Assembly (NCBI RefSeq): GCF_003334315.1
Contig: NZ_QOWR01000081.1
DNA: 13,511 nucleotides
Direction: 5' to 3' (one strand)
DNA from: Escherichia coli
Lineage (GTDB): Bacteria; Pseudomonadota; Gammaproteobacteria; Enterobacterales; Enterobacteriaceae
The translations under genes were made by a program, and so were the position numbers. Below, piece after piece: positions 1-9,361 of this stretch; position 1 is the first letter of the stretch, and each line of letters opens with the position of its first letter. The notes beneath the pieces are model-generated. The model saw only the letters and a list, made by a program, of their open reading frames with translations. It was not told the origin of the DNA and ran no database searches.

Positions 1-76
1 CCCCGGCTGAACCCTGAACAATGCTACCGCCATACTGCGTCATGTCGCCCTGACGCGCTGCCGGTTTTCCGCTCAT
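1..76 (-). CDS. rhsA: Rhs-family protein, 5' end only (first 25 codons; gene continues beyond the window start)
   Basis: Reverse complement of 1-76 translates from ATG (76..74) as MSGKPAARQGDMTQYGGSIVQGSAG, the conserved N-terminus of E. coli Rhs core proteins. Divergent from yibF as in K-12 rhsA (symbol from synteny recollection). Confidence 0.65.
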   Translation of the reverse strand, partial: MSGKPAARQGDMTQYGGSIVQGSAG

Positions 77-304
77 CTGCTCATCCTTGTTTTATCGGGT
101 TATTTGTCTGCTTCCAGGCAAAACCCTACAGATTTATAAGAAAGCCTTAAGTGAGATATCCATCAGATAGAAACAATTAGGAAAATATTTATATCACCAT
201 GATAAATATGTGATTTATTTGGAAGTAACAAACCATCAACATTTTCTGCCCTTTTTCCCATCACCAGGCCATACTGATATTTTTCCTCGCACAAAGGACT
301 CGGC

Positions 305-913
305 ATGAAACTCGTCGGTAGCTACACCAGCCCGTTTGTACGCAAACTTTCTATTCTGTTGTTAGAAAAGGGCATAACTTTCGAATTTATTAATGAACTG
401 CCCTATAACGCGGACAACGGCGTGGCGCAATTTAACCCGTTAGGAAAAGTGCCGGTGCTGGTGACCGAAGAGGGCGAATGTTGGTTTGATTCGCCGATCA
501 TCGCTGAATATATTGAATTAATGAATGTCGCTCCGGCGATGTTGCCGCGCGATCCGCTGGAGTCGTTGCGGGTGCGCAAAATTGAGGCACTGGCGGATGG
601 CATTATGGATGCCGGGCTGGTATCGGTGCGTGAACAGGCGCGTCCAGCGGCGCAGCAGTCTGAAGATGAATTGTTACGCCAGCGGGAGAAAATCAACCGC
701 AGTCTGGATGTGCTGGAAGGATATCTGGTCGATGGCACACTCAAAACCGATACGGTCAATCTGGCGACTATCGCCATTGCCTGTGCCGTCGGATATCTCA
801 ATTTCCGCCGCGTTGCGCCAGGCTGGTGTGTCGATCGCCCACACTTAGTCAAACTGGTCGAAAACCTGTTTAGCCGCGAAAGTTTTGCTCGCACCGAACC
901 GCCAAAGGCTTGA
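305..913 (+). CDS. yibF: Glutathione S-transferase-like protein YibF
   Basis: 202-aa ORF, AAAGGA 8 nt upstream of ATG; translation ([28 protein letters not shown]...) matches GST N-terminal thioredoxin-like fold and my recollection of YibF; position upstream of selA. Confidence 0.85.
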
Positions 914-968
914 TGCGCGATATGTCCTCCTGACCCATCTCACGTTACAATCCGTGGTTATGTTAAAC

Positions 969-990
969 GCCCTTCTCCGTGTGAGAGGGC
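969..990 (+). promoter_or_regulatory. Hairpin in selA leader (8-bp stem with single bulged T/U, 5-nt loop CGTGT); candidate SECIS-like SelB-binding element or yibF terminator
   Basis: GCCC-T-TCTC / CGTGT / GAGAGGGC read directly from sequence, 21 nt upstream of the selA ATG; function inferred. Confidence 0.3.
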
Positions 991-1010
991 CTTGATCAGC
1001 CAGGTTTCCT

Positions 1011-2402
1011 ATGACAACCGAAACGCGTTCCCTCTATAGTCAACTTCCGGCTATTGATCGCTTATTGCGCGATAGCTCCTTCCTTTCTTTGCGTGATACT
1101 TATGGTCACACCCGCGTGGTGGAATTGTTGCGTCAGATGCTCGACGAAGCGCGAGAAGTGATTCGTGGCAGCCAGACGCTGCCTGCGTGGTGTGAAAACT
1201 GGGCGCAAGAAGTCGATGCCCGGTTGACGAAAGAAGCGCAGAGCGCGCTGCGTCCGGTGATCAACCTGACGGGAACCGTGCTGCATACCAACCTTGGGCG
1301 AGCTTTACAGGCGGAAGCCGCGGTGGAAGCCGTTGCGCAGGCTATGCGTTCGCCAGTGACCCTCGAGTACGATCTGGACGACGCTGGACGCGGACATCGC
1401 GATCGTGCGCTGGCGCAGTTGCTGTGCCGCATTACGGGGGCGGAAGATGCCTGTATCGTTAATAACAATGCGGCGGCGGTGTTATTGATGTTGGCGGCCA
1501 CTGCCAGCGGGAAAGAGGTGGTGGTTTCTCGCGGCGAACTGGTGGAGATTGGCGGCGCGTTTCGTATTCCCGATGTTATGCGTCAGGCAGGCTGCACCCT
1601 ACACGAAGTAGGGACCACCAACCGCACGCACGCGAATGATTATTGTCAGGCGGTGAATGAAAATACCGCACTGTTGATGAAAGTACATACCAGTAACTAC
1701 AGCATTCAGGGGTTCACCAAAGCGATAGATGAAGCGGAACTGGTGGCGCTCGGCAAAGAGCTGGATGTTCCCGTAGTGACTGATTTAGGCAGTGGCTCGC
1801 TGGTCGATCTTAGCCAGTACGGTTTGCCGAAAGAGCCAATGCCGCAGGAGTTGATTGCGGCGGGCGTCAGTCTGGTGAGTTTCTCCGGCGACAAGTTGTT
1901 AGGCGGGCCGCAGGCAGGAATTATTGTTGGTAAAAAAGAGATGATCGCCCGCCTGCAAAGCCACCCGCTGAAGCGTGCATTACGCGCGGATAAAATGACC
2001 CTCGCGGCGCTGGAAGCCACGTTGCGTCTTTATTTACACCCTGAAGCTCTGAGTGAAAAATTACCGACCCTGCGCCTGCTTACCCGCAGCGCAGAGGTCA
2101 TTCAAATCCAGGCACAACGTTTACAGGCTCCCCTTGCCGCACATTACGGCGCGGAGTTTGCGGTACAGGTTATGCCATGTCTTTCGCAGATTGGCAGTGG
2201 TTCGCTGCCGGTTGATCGCCTGCCGAGCGCGGCATTAACGTTTACACCCCATGATGGACGCGGTAGCCACCTTGAGTCATTAGCCGCCCGCTGGCGTGAA
2301 TTGCCAGTGCCGGTGATTGGTCGTATTTATGACGGACGATTGTGGCTGGATTTACGCTGCCTTGAAGATGAGCAACGGTTTTTGGAGATGTTGTTGAAAT
2401 GA
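1011..2402 (+). CDS. selA: L-seryl-tRNA(Sec) selenium transferase (selenocysteine synthase)
   Basis: 463-aa ORF, translation [22 protein letters not shown]... matches SelA as I recall it; stop overlaps selB start (ATGA). Confidence 0.93.
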   Translation: MTTETRSLYSQLPAIDRLLRDSSFLSLRDTYGHTRVVELLRQMLDEAREVIRGSQTLPAWCENWAQEVDARLTKEAQSALRPVINLTGTVLHTNLGRALQAEAAVEAVAQAMRSPVTLEYDLDDAGRGHRDRALAQLLCRITGAEDACIVNNNAAAVLLMLAATASGKEVVVSRGELVEIGGAFRIPDVMRQAGCTLHEVGTTNRTHANDYCQAVNENTALLMKVHTSNYSIQGFTKAIDEAELVALGKELDVPVVTDLGSGSLVDLSQYGLPKEPMPQELIAAGVSLVSFSGDKLLGGPQAGIIVGKKEMIARLQSHPLKRALRADKMTLAALEATLRLYLHPEALSEKLPTLRLLTRSAEVIQIQAQRLQAPLAAHYGAEFAVQVMPCLSQIGSGSLPVDRLPSAALTFTPHDGRGSHLESLAARWRELPVPVIGRIYDGRLWLDLRCLEDEQRFLEMLLK

Positions 2403-4243
2403 TTATTGCGACTGCCGGACACGTTGACCACGGCAAAACAACCTTATTGCAGGCGATTACTGGCGTAAATGCTGACCGTCTGCCGGAAGAAAAAAAGCGC
2501 GGCATGACCATCGATCTCGGCTATGCCTACTGGCCGCAGCCGGATGGTCGCGTGCCTGGTTTTATCGACGTACCCGGTCATGAAAAGTTTCTTTCCAACA
2601 TGCTGGCGGGCGTTAGTGGTATCGATCACGCGCTGTTGGTGGTGGCGTGCGATGACGGCGTGATGGCACAGACCCGTGAGCATCTGGCGATTTTGCAGCT
2701 GACCGGTAACCCGATGCTGACAGTGGCGCTGACCAAAGCCGATCGCGTGGACGAAGCGCGTGTTAATGAGGTTGAACGCCAGGTAAAGGAGGTGCTGCGG
2801 GAATACGGTTTTGCTGAGGCAAAACTGTTTATCACCGCAGCAACCGAAGGTCGGGGAATTGATGCCCTGCGCGAGCATCTGCTTCAGTTGCCGGAACGCG
2901 AGCACGCCAGCCAACATAGTTTCCGCCTCGCTATTGACCGCGCATTTACCGTAAAAGGTGCCGGGCTGGTCGTCACCGGTACGGCGTTAAGCGGGGAAGT
3001 GAAGGTAGGCGATTCACTCTGGCTGACTGGTGTAAATAAACCGATGCGTGTACGTGCGCTGCATGCGCAAAACCAGCCAACAGAAACCGCCAATGCCGGG
3101 CAGCGTATCGCGCTTAACATCGCGGGTGATGCGGAAAAAGAGCAGATTAACCGTGGCGACTGGCTGCTTGCCGATGTGCCGCCAGAGCCGTTCACACGGG
3201 TGATTGTCGAGCTTCAAACCCATACACCGCTGACCCAGTGGCAGCCGCTGCATATTCACCACGCCGCCAGCCACGTTACGGGACGCGTTTCGCTGCTGGA
3301 AGATAACCTTGCCGAGCTGGTGTTCGACACGCCGCTGTGGCTGGCGGATAACGATCGCTTAGTGCTGCGCGATATCTCGGCCCGCAACACGCTGGCGGGG
3401 GCGCGTGTGGTGATGCTTAACCCGCCGCGTCGCGGTAAACGTAAGCCGGAATATCTGCAATGGCTGGCGTCTCTTGCACGGGCGCAGAGCGATGCCGATG
3501 CGTTATCTGTTCATCTGGAACGCGGCGCGGTTAACCTTGCGGATTTCGCCTGGGCGCGCCAGCTCAACGGCGAAGGGATGCGCGAATTGCTGCAACAGCC
3601 TGGCTATATTCAGGCTGGTTATAGCTTGTTGAATGCGCCGGTTGCCGCTCGCTGGCAACGGAAAATTCTCGACACATTAGCGACTTATCATGAGCAACAT
3701 CGCGATGAACCTGGGCCTGGGCGCGAACGTCTGCGACGTATGGCGTTGCCAATGGAAGATGAAGCGCTAGTACTGTTGCTGATTGAAAAGATGCGCGAAA
3801 GCGGCGACATCCTCAGTCATCACGGTTGGCTGCATCTGCCGGATCACAAAGCGGGCTTCAGCGAAGAGCAGCAGGCCATCTGGCAAAAAGCAGAGCCGCT
3901 GTTTGGTGACGAGCCGTGGTGGGTGCGTGATCTGGCAAAAGAGACGGGTACCGACGAGCAGGCAATGCGCCTGACGCTACGCCAGGCGGCGCAGCAAGGA
4001 ATAATTACCGCGATCGTCAAAGATCGTTATTACCGTAACGATCGGATTGTCGAATTTGCCAATATGATCCGCGATCTCGATCAGGAGTGTGGTTCAACCT
4101 GCGCGGCGGATTTCCGCGATCGCTTAGGCGTAGGCCGAAAGCTGGCAATTCAGATTCTGGAATATTTTGACCGCATTGGCTTTACGCGTCGTCGTGGAAA
4201 TGATCATTTATTGCGCGACGCATTATTATTTCCGGAAAAATAA
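2399..4243 (+). CDS. selB: Selenocysteine-specific translation elongation factor SelB
   Basis: 614-aa ORF with GTP-binding P-loop [11 protein letters not shown] at N-terminus, DxxG (DVPGHE) and NKxD-like (TKAD) motifs; C-terminal winged-helix extension; ends ...LLFPEK as in E. coli SelB. Confidence 0.93.
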   Translation: MIIATAGHVDHGKTTLLQAITGVNADRLPEEKKRGMTIDLGYAYWPQPDGRVPGFIDVPGHEKFLSNMLAGVSGIDHALLVVACDDGVMAQTREHLAILQLTGNPMLTVALTKADRVDEARVNEVERQVKEVLREYGFAEAKLFITAATEGRGIDALREHLLQLPEREHASQHSFRLAIDRAFTVKGAGLVVTGTALSGEVKVGDSLWLTGVNKPMRVRALHAQNQPTETANAGQRIALNIAGDAEKEQINRGDWLLADVPPEPFTRVIVELQTHTPLTQWQPLHIHHAASHVTGRVSLLEDNLAELVFDTPLWLADNDRLVLRDISARNTLAGARVVMLNPPRRGKRKPEYLQWLASLARAQSDADALSVHLERGAVNLADFAWARQLNGEGMRELLQQPGYIQAGYSLLNAPVAARWQRKILDTLATYHEQHRDEPGPGRERLRRMALPMEDEALVLLLIEKMRESGDILSHHGWLHLPDHKAGFSEEQQAIWQKAEPLFGDEPWWVRDLAKETGTDEQAMRLTLRQAAQQGIITAIVKDRYYRNDRIVEFANMIRDLDQECGSTCAADFRDRLGVGRKLAIQILEYFDRIGFTRRRGNDHLLRDALLFPEK

Positions 4244-4296
4244 GGAAATGATTAATTAATTTTTAAAATAAATTAATACAAATTTCTTATGATTTT

Positions 4297-4338
4297 AAAA
4301 AAAGCACATTGTTTAATGAATACAATGTGCTTTTTATT
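4297..4338 (+). terminator. Rho-independent terminator of selAB (A-run upstream, T-run downstream, potentially bidirectional)
   Basis: AAAAAAA-GCACATTG-(loop TTTAATGAATA)-CAATGTGC-TTTTTATT; perfect 8-bp stem at 4304-4311 / 4323-4330 followed by T-run 4331-4338. Confidence 0.6.
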
Positions 4339-4432
4339 AGATTAATTTTGATAATCAATAATAATGATCATGTTTTCGAATGAAAATCCTCAGTAAGCTG
4401 CCCACCCTTTTTTACACTTTCAGGAGTGTGTT

Positions 4433-5584
4433 ATGGCATCTTCAACTTTCTTTATTCCTTCTGTGAATGTCATCGGCGCTGATTCATTGACTGATGCAAT
4501 GAATATGATGGCAGATTATGGATTTACCCGTACCTTAATTGTCACTGACAGTATGTTAACGAAATTAGGTATGGCGGGCGATGTGCAAAAAGCACTGGAA
4601 GAACGCAATATTTTTAGCGTTATTTATGATGGCACCCAACCTAACCCCACCACGGAAAACGTCGCCGCAGGTTTGAAATTACTTAAAGAGAATAATTGCG
4701 ATAGCGTGATCTCCTTAGGCGGTGGTTCTCCACACGACTGCGCAAAAGGTATTGCGCTGGTGGCAGCCAATGGCGGCGATATTCGCGATTACGAAGGCGT
4801 TGACCGCTCTGCAAAACCGCAGCTGCCGATGATCGCCATCAATACCACGGCGGGTACGGCCTCTGAAATGACCCGTTTCTGCATCATCACTGACGAAGCG
4901 CGTCATATCAAAATGGCGATTGTTGATAAACATGTCACTCCGCTGCTTTCTGTCAATGACTCCTCTCTGATGATTGGTATGCCGAAGTCACTGACCGCCG
5001 CAACGGGTATGGATGCCTTAACGCACGCTATCGAAGCATATGTTTCTATTGCCGCCACGCCGATCACTGACGCTTGTGCACTGAAAGCCGTGACCATGAT
5101 TGCCGAAAACCTGCCGTTAGCCGTTGAAGATGGCAGTAATGCGAAAGCGCGTGAAGCAATGGCTTATGCCCAGTTCCTTGCCGGTATGGCGTTCAATAAT
5201 GCTTCTCTGGGTTATGTTCATGCGATGGCGCACCAGCTGGGCGGTTTCTACAACCTGCCACACGGTGTATGTAACGCCGTTCTGCTGCCGCATGTTCAGG
5301 TATTCAACAGCAAAGTCGCCGCTGCACGTCTGCGTGACTGTGCCGCTGCAATGGGCGTGAACGTGACAGGTAAAAACGACGCGGAAGGTGCTGAAGCCTG
5401 CATTAACGCCATCCGTGAACTGGCGAAGAAAGTGGATATCCCGGCAGGCCTACGCGACCTGAACGTGAAAGAAGAAGATTTCGCGGTTCTGGCGACTAAT
5501 GCCCTGAAAGATGCCTGTGGCTTTACTAACCCGATCCAGGCAACTCACGAAGAAATTGTGGCGATTTATCGCGCAGCGATGTAA
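4433..5584 (+). CDS. yiaY: Iron-containing (group III) alcohol dehydrogenase
   Basis: 383-aa ORF, AGGAG 7 nt upstream of ATG; translation has Fe-ADH signatures ([14 protein letters not shown]-binding glycine motif, histidine-rich metal site ...[16 protein letters not shown]...). Position between selB and aldB as in K-12. Confidence 0.9.
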   Translation: MASSTFFIPSVNVIGADSLTDAMNMMADYGFTRTLIVTDSMLTKLGMAGDVQKALEERNIFSVIYDGTQPNPTTENVAAGLKLLKENNCDSVISLGGGSPHDCAKGIALVAANGGDIRDYEGVDRSAKPQLPMIAINTTAGTASEMTRFCIITDEARHIKMAIVDKHVTPLLSVNDSSLMIGMPKSLTAATGMDALTHAIEAYVSIAATPITDACALKAVTMIAENLPLAVEDGSNAKAREAMAYAQFLAGMAFNNASLGYVHAMAHQLGGFYNLPHGVCNAVLLPHVQVFNSKVAAARLRDCAAAMGVNVTGKNDAEGAEACINAIRELAKKVDIPAGLRDLNVKEEDFAVLATNALKDACGFTNPIQATHEEIVAIYRAAM

Positions 5585-5599
5585 TCATCATTTCCACAA

Positions 5600-5627
5600 C
5601 GGCTGGCAAATTGTCAGCCGCTTTTTC
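5600..5627 (+). terminator. Rho-independent terminator after yiaY
   Basis: CGGCTGGCAAATTGTCAGCCG hairpin (5600-5620) immediately followed by CTTTTTC. Confidence 0.55.
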
Positions 5628-5684
5628 AACTATCTCTGTAACCCTTGCCCGTAAATTCGTGATAGCTGTCGTAAAGCTGTTACC

Positions 5685-5707
5685 GACTGGCGAAGATTTC
5701 GCCAGTC
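5685..5707 (+). promoter_or_regulatory. Perfect 10-bp inverted repeat with 3-bp spacer (GACTGGCGAA-GAT-TTCGCCAGTC) in the aldB leader; candidate operator or 5'-UTR hairpin
   Basis: Read directly: 5685-5694 is the exact reverse complement of 5698-5707; lies 42 bp upstream of the aldB ATG; no T-run follows, so not a terminator. Confidence 0.3.
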
Positions 5708-5748
5708 ACGTCTACCCTTGTTATACCTCACACCGCAAGGAGACGATC

Positions 5749-7287
5749 ATGACCAATAATCCCCCTTCAGCACAGATTAAGCCCGGCGAGTATGGTTTCC
5801 CCCTCAAGTTAAAAGCCCGCTATGACAACTTTATTGGCGGCGAATGGGTAGCCCCTGCCGACGGCGAGTATTACCAGAATCTGACGCCGGTGACCGGGCA
5901 GCTGCTGTGCGAAGTGGCGTCTTCGGGCAAACGAGACATCGATCTGGCGCTGGATGCTGCGCACAAAGTGAAAGATAAATGGGCGCACACCTCGGTGCAG
6001 GATCGCGCGGCGATTCTGTTTAAGATTGCCGATCGAATGGAACAAAACCTTGAGCTGTTAGCGACGGCTGAAACCTGGGATAACGGCAAACCCATTCGCG
6101 AAACCAGTGCTGCCGACGTGCCGCTGGCGATTGACCATTTTCGCTATTTCGCCTCGTGTATTCGGGCGCAGGAAGGTGGGATCAGTGAAGTTGATAGCGA
6201 AACCGTGGCCTATCATTTCCATGAACCGTTAGGCGTGGTGGGGCAGATTATCCCGTGGAACTTCCCGCTGCTGATGGCGAGCTGGAAAATGGCTCCCGCG
6301 CTGGCGGCGGGCAACTGTGTGGTGCTGAAACCCGCACGTCTTACCCCGCTTTCTGTACTGCTGCTAATGGAAATTGTCGGTGATTTACTGCCGCCGGGCG
6401 TGGTGAACGTGGTCAATGGCGCAGGTGGGGTAATTGGCGAATATCTGGCGACCTCGAAACGCATCGCCAAAGTGGCGTTTACCGGCTCAACGGAAGTGGG
6501 CCAACAAATTATGCAATACGCAACGCAAAACATTATTCCGGTGACGCTGGAGTTGGGCGGTAAGTCGCCAAATATCTTCTTTGCTGATGTGATGGATGAA
6601 GAAGATGCCTTTTTCGATAAAGCGCTGGAAGGCTTTGCACTGTTTGCCTTTAACCAGGGCGAAGTTTGCACCTGTCCGAGTCGTGCTTTAGTGCAGGAAT
6701 CTATCTACGAACGCTTTATGGAACGCGCCATCCGCCGTGTCGAAAGCATTCGTAGCGGTAACCCGCTCGACAGCGTGACGCAAATGGGCGCGCAGGTTTC
6801 TCACGGGCAACTGGAAACCATCCTCAACTACATTGATATCGGTAAAAAAGAGGGCGCTGACGTGCTCACAGGCGGGCGGCGCAAGCTGCTGGAAGGTGAA
6901 CTGAAAGACGGCTACTACCTCGAACCGACGATTCTGTTTGGTCAGAACAATATGCGGGTGTTCCAGGAGGAGATTTTTGGCCCGGTGCTGGCGGTGACCA
7001 CCTTCAAAACGATGGAAGAAGCGCTGGAGCTGGCGAACGATACGCAATATGGCCTGGGCGCGGGCGTCTGGAGCCGCAACGGTAATCTGGCCTATAAGAT
7101 GGGGCGCGGCATACAGGCTGGGCGCGTGTGGACCAACTGTTATCACGCTTACCCGGCACATGCGGCGTTTGGTGGCTACAAACAATCAGGTATCGGTCGC
7201 GAAACCCACAAGATGATGCTGGAGCATTACCAGCAAACCAAGTGCCTGCTGGTGAGCTACTCGGATAAACCGTTGGGGCTGTTCTGA
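5749..7287 (+). CDS. aldB: Aldehyde dehydrogenase B (NAD(P)-dependent)
   Basis: 512-aa reading from ATG 5749 preceded by AAGGAGA (5736-5742); translation [17 protein letters not shown]... with ALDH catalytic signatures (ELGGKSP glutamate motif, catalytic Cys in GEVCTCPSR). The track ORF start at 5611 is an unsupported upstream extension that overlaps the yiaY terminator. Confidence 0.92.
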   Translation: MTNNPPSAQIKPGEYGFPLKLKARYDNFIGGEWVAPADGEYYQNLTPVTGQLLCEVASSGKRDIDLALDAAHKVKDKWAHTSVQDRAAILFKIADRMEQNLELLATAETWDNGKPIRETSAADVPLAIDHFRYFASCIRAQEGGISEVDSETVAYHFHEPLGVVGQIIPWNFPLLMASWKMAPALAAGNCVVLKPARLTPLSVLLLMEIVGDLLPPGVVNVVNGAGGVIGEYLATSKRIAKVAFTGSTEVGQQIMQYATQNIIPVTLELGGKSPNIFFADVMDEEDAFFDKALEGFALFAFNQGEVCTCPSRALVQESIYERFMERAIRRVESIRSGNPLDSVTQMGAQVSHGQLETILNYIDIGKKEGADVLTGGRRKLLEGELKDGYYLEPTILFGQNNMRVFQEEIFGPVLAVTTFKTMEEALELANDTQYGLGAGVWSRNGNLAYKMGRGIQAGRVWTNCYHAYPAHAAFGGYKQSGIGRETHKMMLEHYQQTKCLLVSYSDKPLGLF

Positions 7288-7318
7288 TATAAGAAGCTGG
7301 TCGCATTGGGTATTCATT

Positions 7319-7400
7319 GCCTGATGCGACGCTTACGCGTCTTATCATGCCTACGGGAACCTGACCGTAGGCCGGATAAGGCGTACACGCCGCATCCGGC
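7319..7400 (+). repeat. REP/BIME element (two REP palindromic units in opposite orientation) downstream of aldB
   Basis: GCCTGATGCGACGCTTACGCGTCTTATCATGCCTAC (7319-7354) and GTAGGCCGGATAAGGCGTACACGCCGCATCCGGC (7367-7400) match the enterobacterial REP consensus families as I recall them. Confidence 0.75.
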
Positions 7401-7505
7401 ATAAACAAAGCGCACGTTGTTACAATTTACGTTTTAAACCTACGTGCGCAATAACCCAGACTACGCCAACAGAAGTGCGTTTCTGGGGCGTGTTTTGTCA
7501 GGAGT

Positions 7506-7646
7506 TTAATCTCGCGTTTCGATGGTGAGCGGGCGAACCAGGCCGTAAATCACCATTGGTGATCCGAGGCCAATCAGCAATAAACGGTAGATAATTGAAG
7601 GTTTAATACGCTTAATCTGTACTGTGGATGTTTTACTGGAGTTATT
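7506..7646 (-). CDS. Hypothetical small protein (47 aa from ATG 7646..7644; 70 aa if started at 7718), one predicted transmembrane helix
   Basis: Only ORF in the AT-rich aldB-yiaW spacer; translation MNNSSKTSTVQIKRIKPSIIYRLLLIGLGSPMVIYGLVRPLTIETRD has a basic stretch followed by a about 20-aa hydrophobic segment; no clear Shine-Dalgarno; unverified. Confidence 0.15.
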   Translation of the reverse strand, partial: NNSSKTSTVQIKRIKPSIIYRLLLIGLGSPMVIYGLVRPLTIETRD

Positions 7647-7765
7647 CATTAGTTTGGCCAATAGTTCCACTATTTCAATATGATAAACCTCGTCCTGTTG
7701 AAAAACCAGACAGCACATTTAAGAAAGTATATAAAAAACAATATGTCGTTATATAAATAAGGAAA

Positions 7766-7794
7766 TTGCACTGCATCATGGCATTTCATAATAT
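7766..7794 (+). promoter_or_regulatory. Candidate sigma70 promoter for yiaWV (-35 TTGCAC, 17-bp spacer, -10 TAATAT)
   Basis: Hexamers read by eye at 7766-7771 and 7789-7794 in an AT-rich region about 40 bp upstream of the yiaW ATG; no experimental support. Confidence 0.2.
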
Positions 7795-7831
7795 GCGTTA
7801 ATTGTTCTTTTTTATATTCTTTGAGGGAAAT

Positions 7832-8155
7832 ATGTTCCTGGACTATTTTGCACTGGGAGTGCTTATTTTTGTATTTCTGGTGATCTTCTATGGGATCATT
7901 ATTTTACATGATATTCCCTACCTGATTGCCAAAAAACGTAATCATCCTCATGCCGACGCCATTCATGTTGCTGGTTGGGTGAGTCTTTTTACGTTACATG
8001 TTATCTGGCCGTTTTTGTGGATTTGGGCCACGCTTTACCGCCCGGAGCGGGGATGGGGAATGCAAAGCCATGATTCATCCGTTATGCAACTGCAACAGCG
8101 CATTGCCGGGCTGGAGAAACAGCTCGCCGACATCAAATCCTCTTCTGCCGAGTAA
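7832..8155 (+). CDS. yiaW: Small inner-membrane protein YiaW (DUF3302 family, AaeX-like partner of a membrane fusion protein)
   Basis: 107-aa reading from ATG 7832 preceded by GAGGGA; two hydrophobic helices ([40 protein letters not shown]) then a coiled C-terminal tail; the track start at 7802 lacks an RBS. Confidence 0.85.
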   Translation: MFLDYFALGVLIFVFLVIFYGIIILHDIPYLIAKKRNHPHADAIHVAGWVSLFTLHVIWPFLWIWATLYRPERGWGMQSHDSSVMQLQQRIAGLEKQLADIKSSSAE

Positions 8156-8160
8156 TACTT

Positions 8161-9306
8161 ATGGATTTACTGATTATTTTGACCTATGTGGCTTTTGCAT
8201 GGGCAATGTTTAAGATCTTCAAAATTCCCGTAAATAAATGGACCATTCCCACAGCGGCCCTGGGTGGAATATTTATTGTCAGCGGTCTAATTCTGTTAAT
8301 GAACTATAACCATCCGTATACCTTTAAAGCGCAAAAAGCGGTTATTTCTATTCCTGTTGTCCCACAGGTGACTGGTGTGGTGATTGAAGTGACGGATAAG
8401 AAAAATACGCTGATTAAAAAAGGTGAGGTGCTATTTCGACTGGACCCGACGCGTTATCAGGCGCGGGTGGATCGGCTGATGGCGGATATCGTTACCGCAG
8501 AACATAAACAGCGGGCGTTGGGCGCAGAGTTAGATGAGATGGCGGCGAATACTCAGCAGGCAAAGGCCACGCGGGATAAATTCGCTAAAGAGTATCAGCG
8601 TTACGCACGTGGCAGCCAGGCGAAAGTAAACCCGTTTTCAGAACGCGATATCGATGTGGCGCGGCAAAATTATCTGGCGCAGGAAGCCTCCGTGAAGTCA
8701 TCGGCGGCGGAACAAAAACAGATCCAGAGCCAGCTGGATAGCCTGGTGTTGGGTGAACATTCTCAAATCGCCAGCCTGAAAGCACAGCTCGCGGAAGCAA
8801 AATATAACCTTGAGCAGACGATAGTGCGTGCGCCGAGCGATGGTTATGTGACCCAGGTACTGATTCGTCCGGGTACCTATGCCGCGTCGCTGCCGCTACG
8901 TCCGGTGATGGTGTTTATACCCGATCAGAAACGACAAATCGTGGCGCAGTTCCGTCAGAACTCCTTGCTGCGACTGGCTCCTGGCGACGATGCGGAAGTG
9001 GTGTTTAATGCTCTGCCAGGTAAGGTATTCAGCGGTAAGCTGGCAGCCATTAGTCCAGCCGTTCCCGGCGGAGCTTATCAGTCGACCGGCACCTTACAGA
9101 CGTTAAACACAGCGCCGGGTTCAGATGGCGTTATCGCGACCATTGAACTGGATGAGCACACTGATTTGAGCGCTTTACCAGACGGTATTTACGCCCAGGT
9201 GGCGGTTTACTCTGATCATTTCAGCCATGTCTCGGTGATGCGCAAAGTGCTATTACGCATGACCAGCTGGGTGCATTACCCACACCTGCGGCAACCGTGG
9301 CGATAG
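8161..9306 (+). CDS. yiaV: HlyD-family membrane fusion protein YiaV; last about 9 codons are junction-derived, not native
   Basis: 381-aa ORF starting 5 nt after the yiaW stop; N-terminal TM helix, biotinyl/lipoyl-like beta-barrel and long coiled-coil segments typical of membrane fusion proteins; from about 9280 the same nucleotides encode the WcaK N-terminal motif in another frame. Confidence 0.85.
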   Translation: MDLLIILTYVAFAWAMFKIFKIPVNKWTIPTAALGGIFIVSGLILLMNYNHPYTFKAQKAVISIPVVPQVTGVVIEVTDKKNTLIKKGEVLFRLDPTRYQARVDRLMADIVTAEHKQRALGAELDEMAANTQQAKATRDKFAKEYQRYARGSQAKVNPFSERDIDVARQNYLAQEASVKSSAAEQKQIQSQLDSLVLGEHSQIASLKAQLAEAKYNLEQTIVRAPSDGYVTQVLIRPGTYAASLPLRPVMVFIPDQKRQIVAQFRQNSLLRLAPGDDAEVVFNALPGKVFSGKLAAISPAVPGGAYQSTGTLQTLNTAPGSDGVIATIELDEHTDLSALPDGIYAQVAVYSDHFSHVSVMRKVLLRMTSWVHYPHLRQPWR

Positions 9307-9361
9307 CGCCATTCTGCGCGGGCTTTTAGATGCCATCAACACGCTCTCGCCTGAGGCTGAA

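Noticed and set aside
181-225. Possible CRP or Fur site in the rhs-yibF intergenic region (TATCACCATGATAAATATGTGATTT)
   Set aside because: Half-sites are in the wrong arrangement for the CRP consensus (TGTGA-N6-TCACA) and the match to a Fur box is weak; judged insufficient to call a regulatory site.
403-894. 163-aa antisense ORF inside yibF, and similar long antisense or alternative-frame ORFs (for example 1133..1501 -, 2444..2917 -, 6688..7185 -, 9527..10267 -, 11212..11640 -)
   Set aside because: They lie entirely within well-supported + strand genes with recognisable protein families; their products are Arg/Ser/Ala-rich low-complexity sequences typical of shadow ORFs in GC-rich coding DNA.
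5611-5748. N-terminal extension of aldB proposed by the ORF track (start at 5611, 558 aa)
   Set aside because: The extension has no RBS, overlaps the yiaY terminator hairpin and T-run, and the downstream ATG at 5749 has a strong AAGGAGA Shine-Dalgarno and gives the expected aldehyde dehydrogenase N-terminus.
7802-7831. Upstream start for yiaW at 7802 (MFFFIFFEGN...)
   Set aside because: No RBS and a low-complexity T-rich sequence; the ATG at 7832 is preceded by GAGGGA at proper spacing.
7998-8213. 71-aa + strand ORF spanning the yiaW-yiaV boundary
   Set aside because: Alternative frame of the yiaW 3' end and yiaV 5' end; no RBS and no family resemblance.
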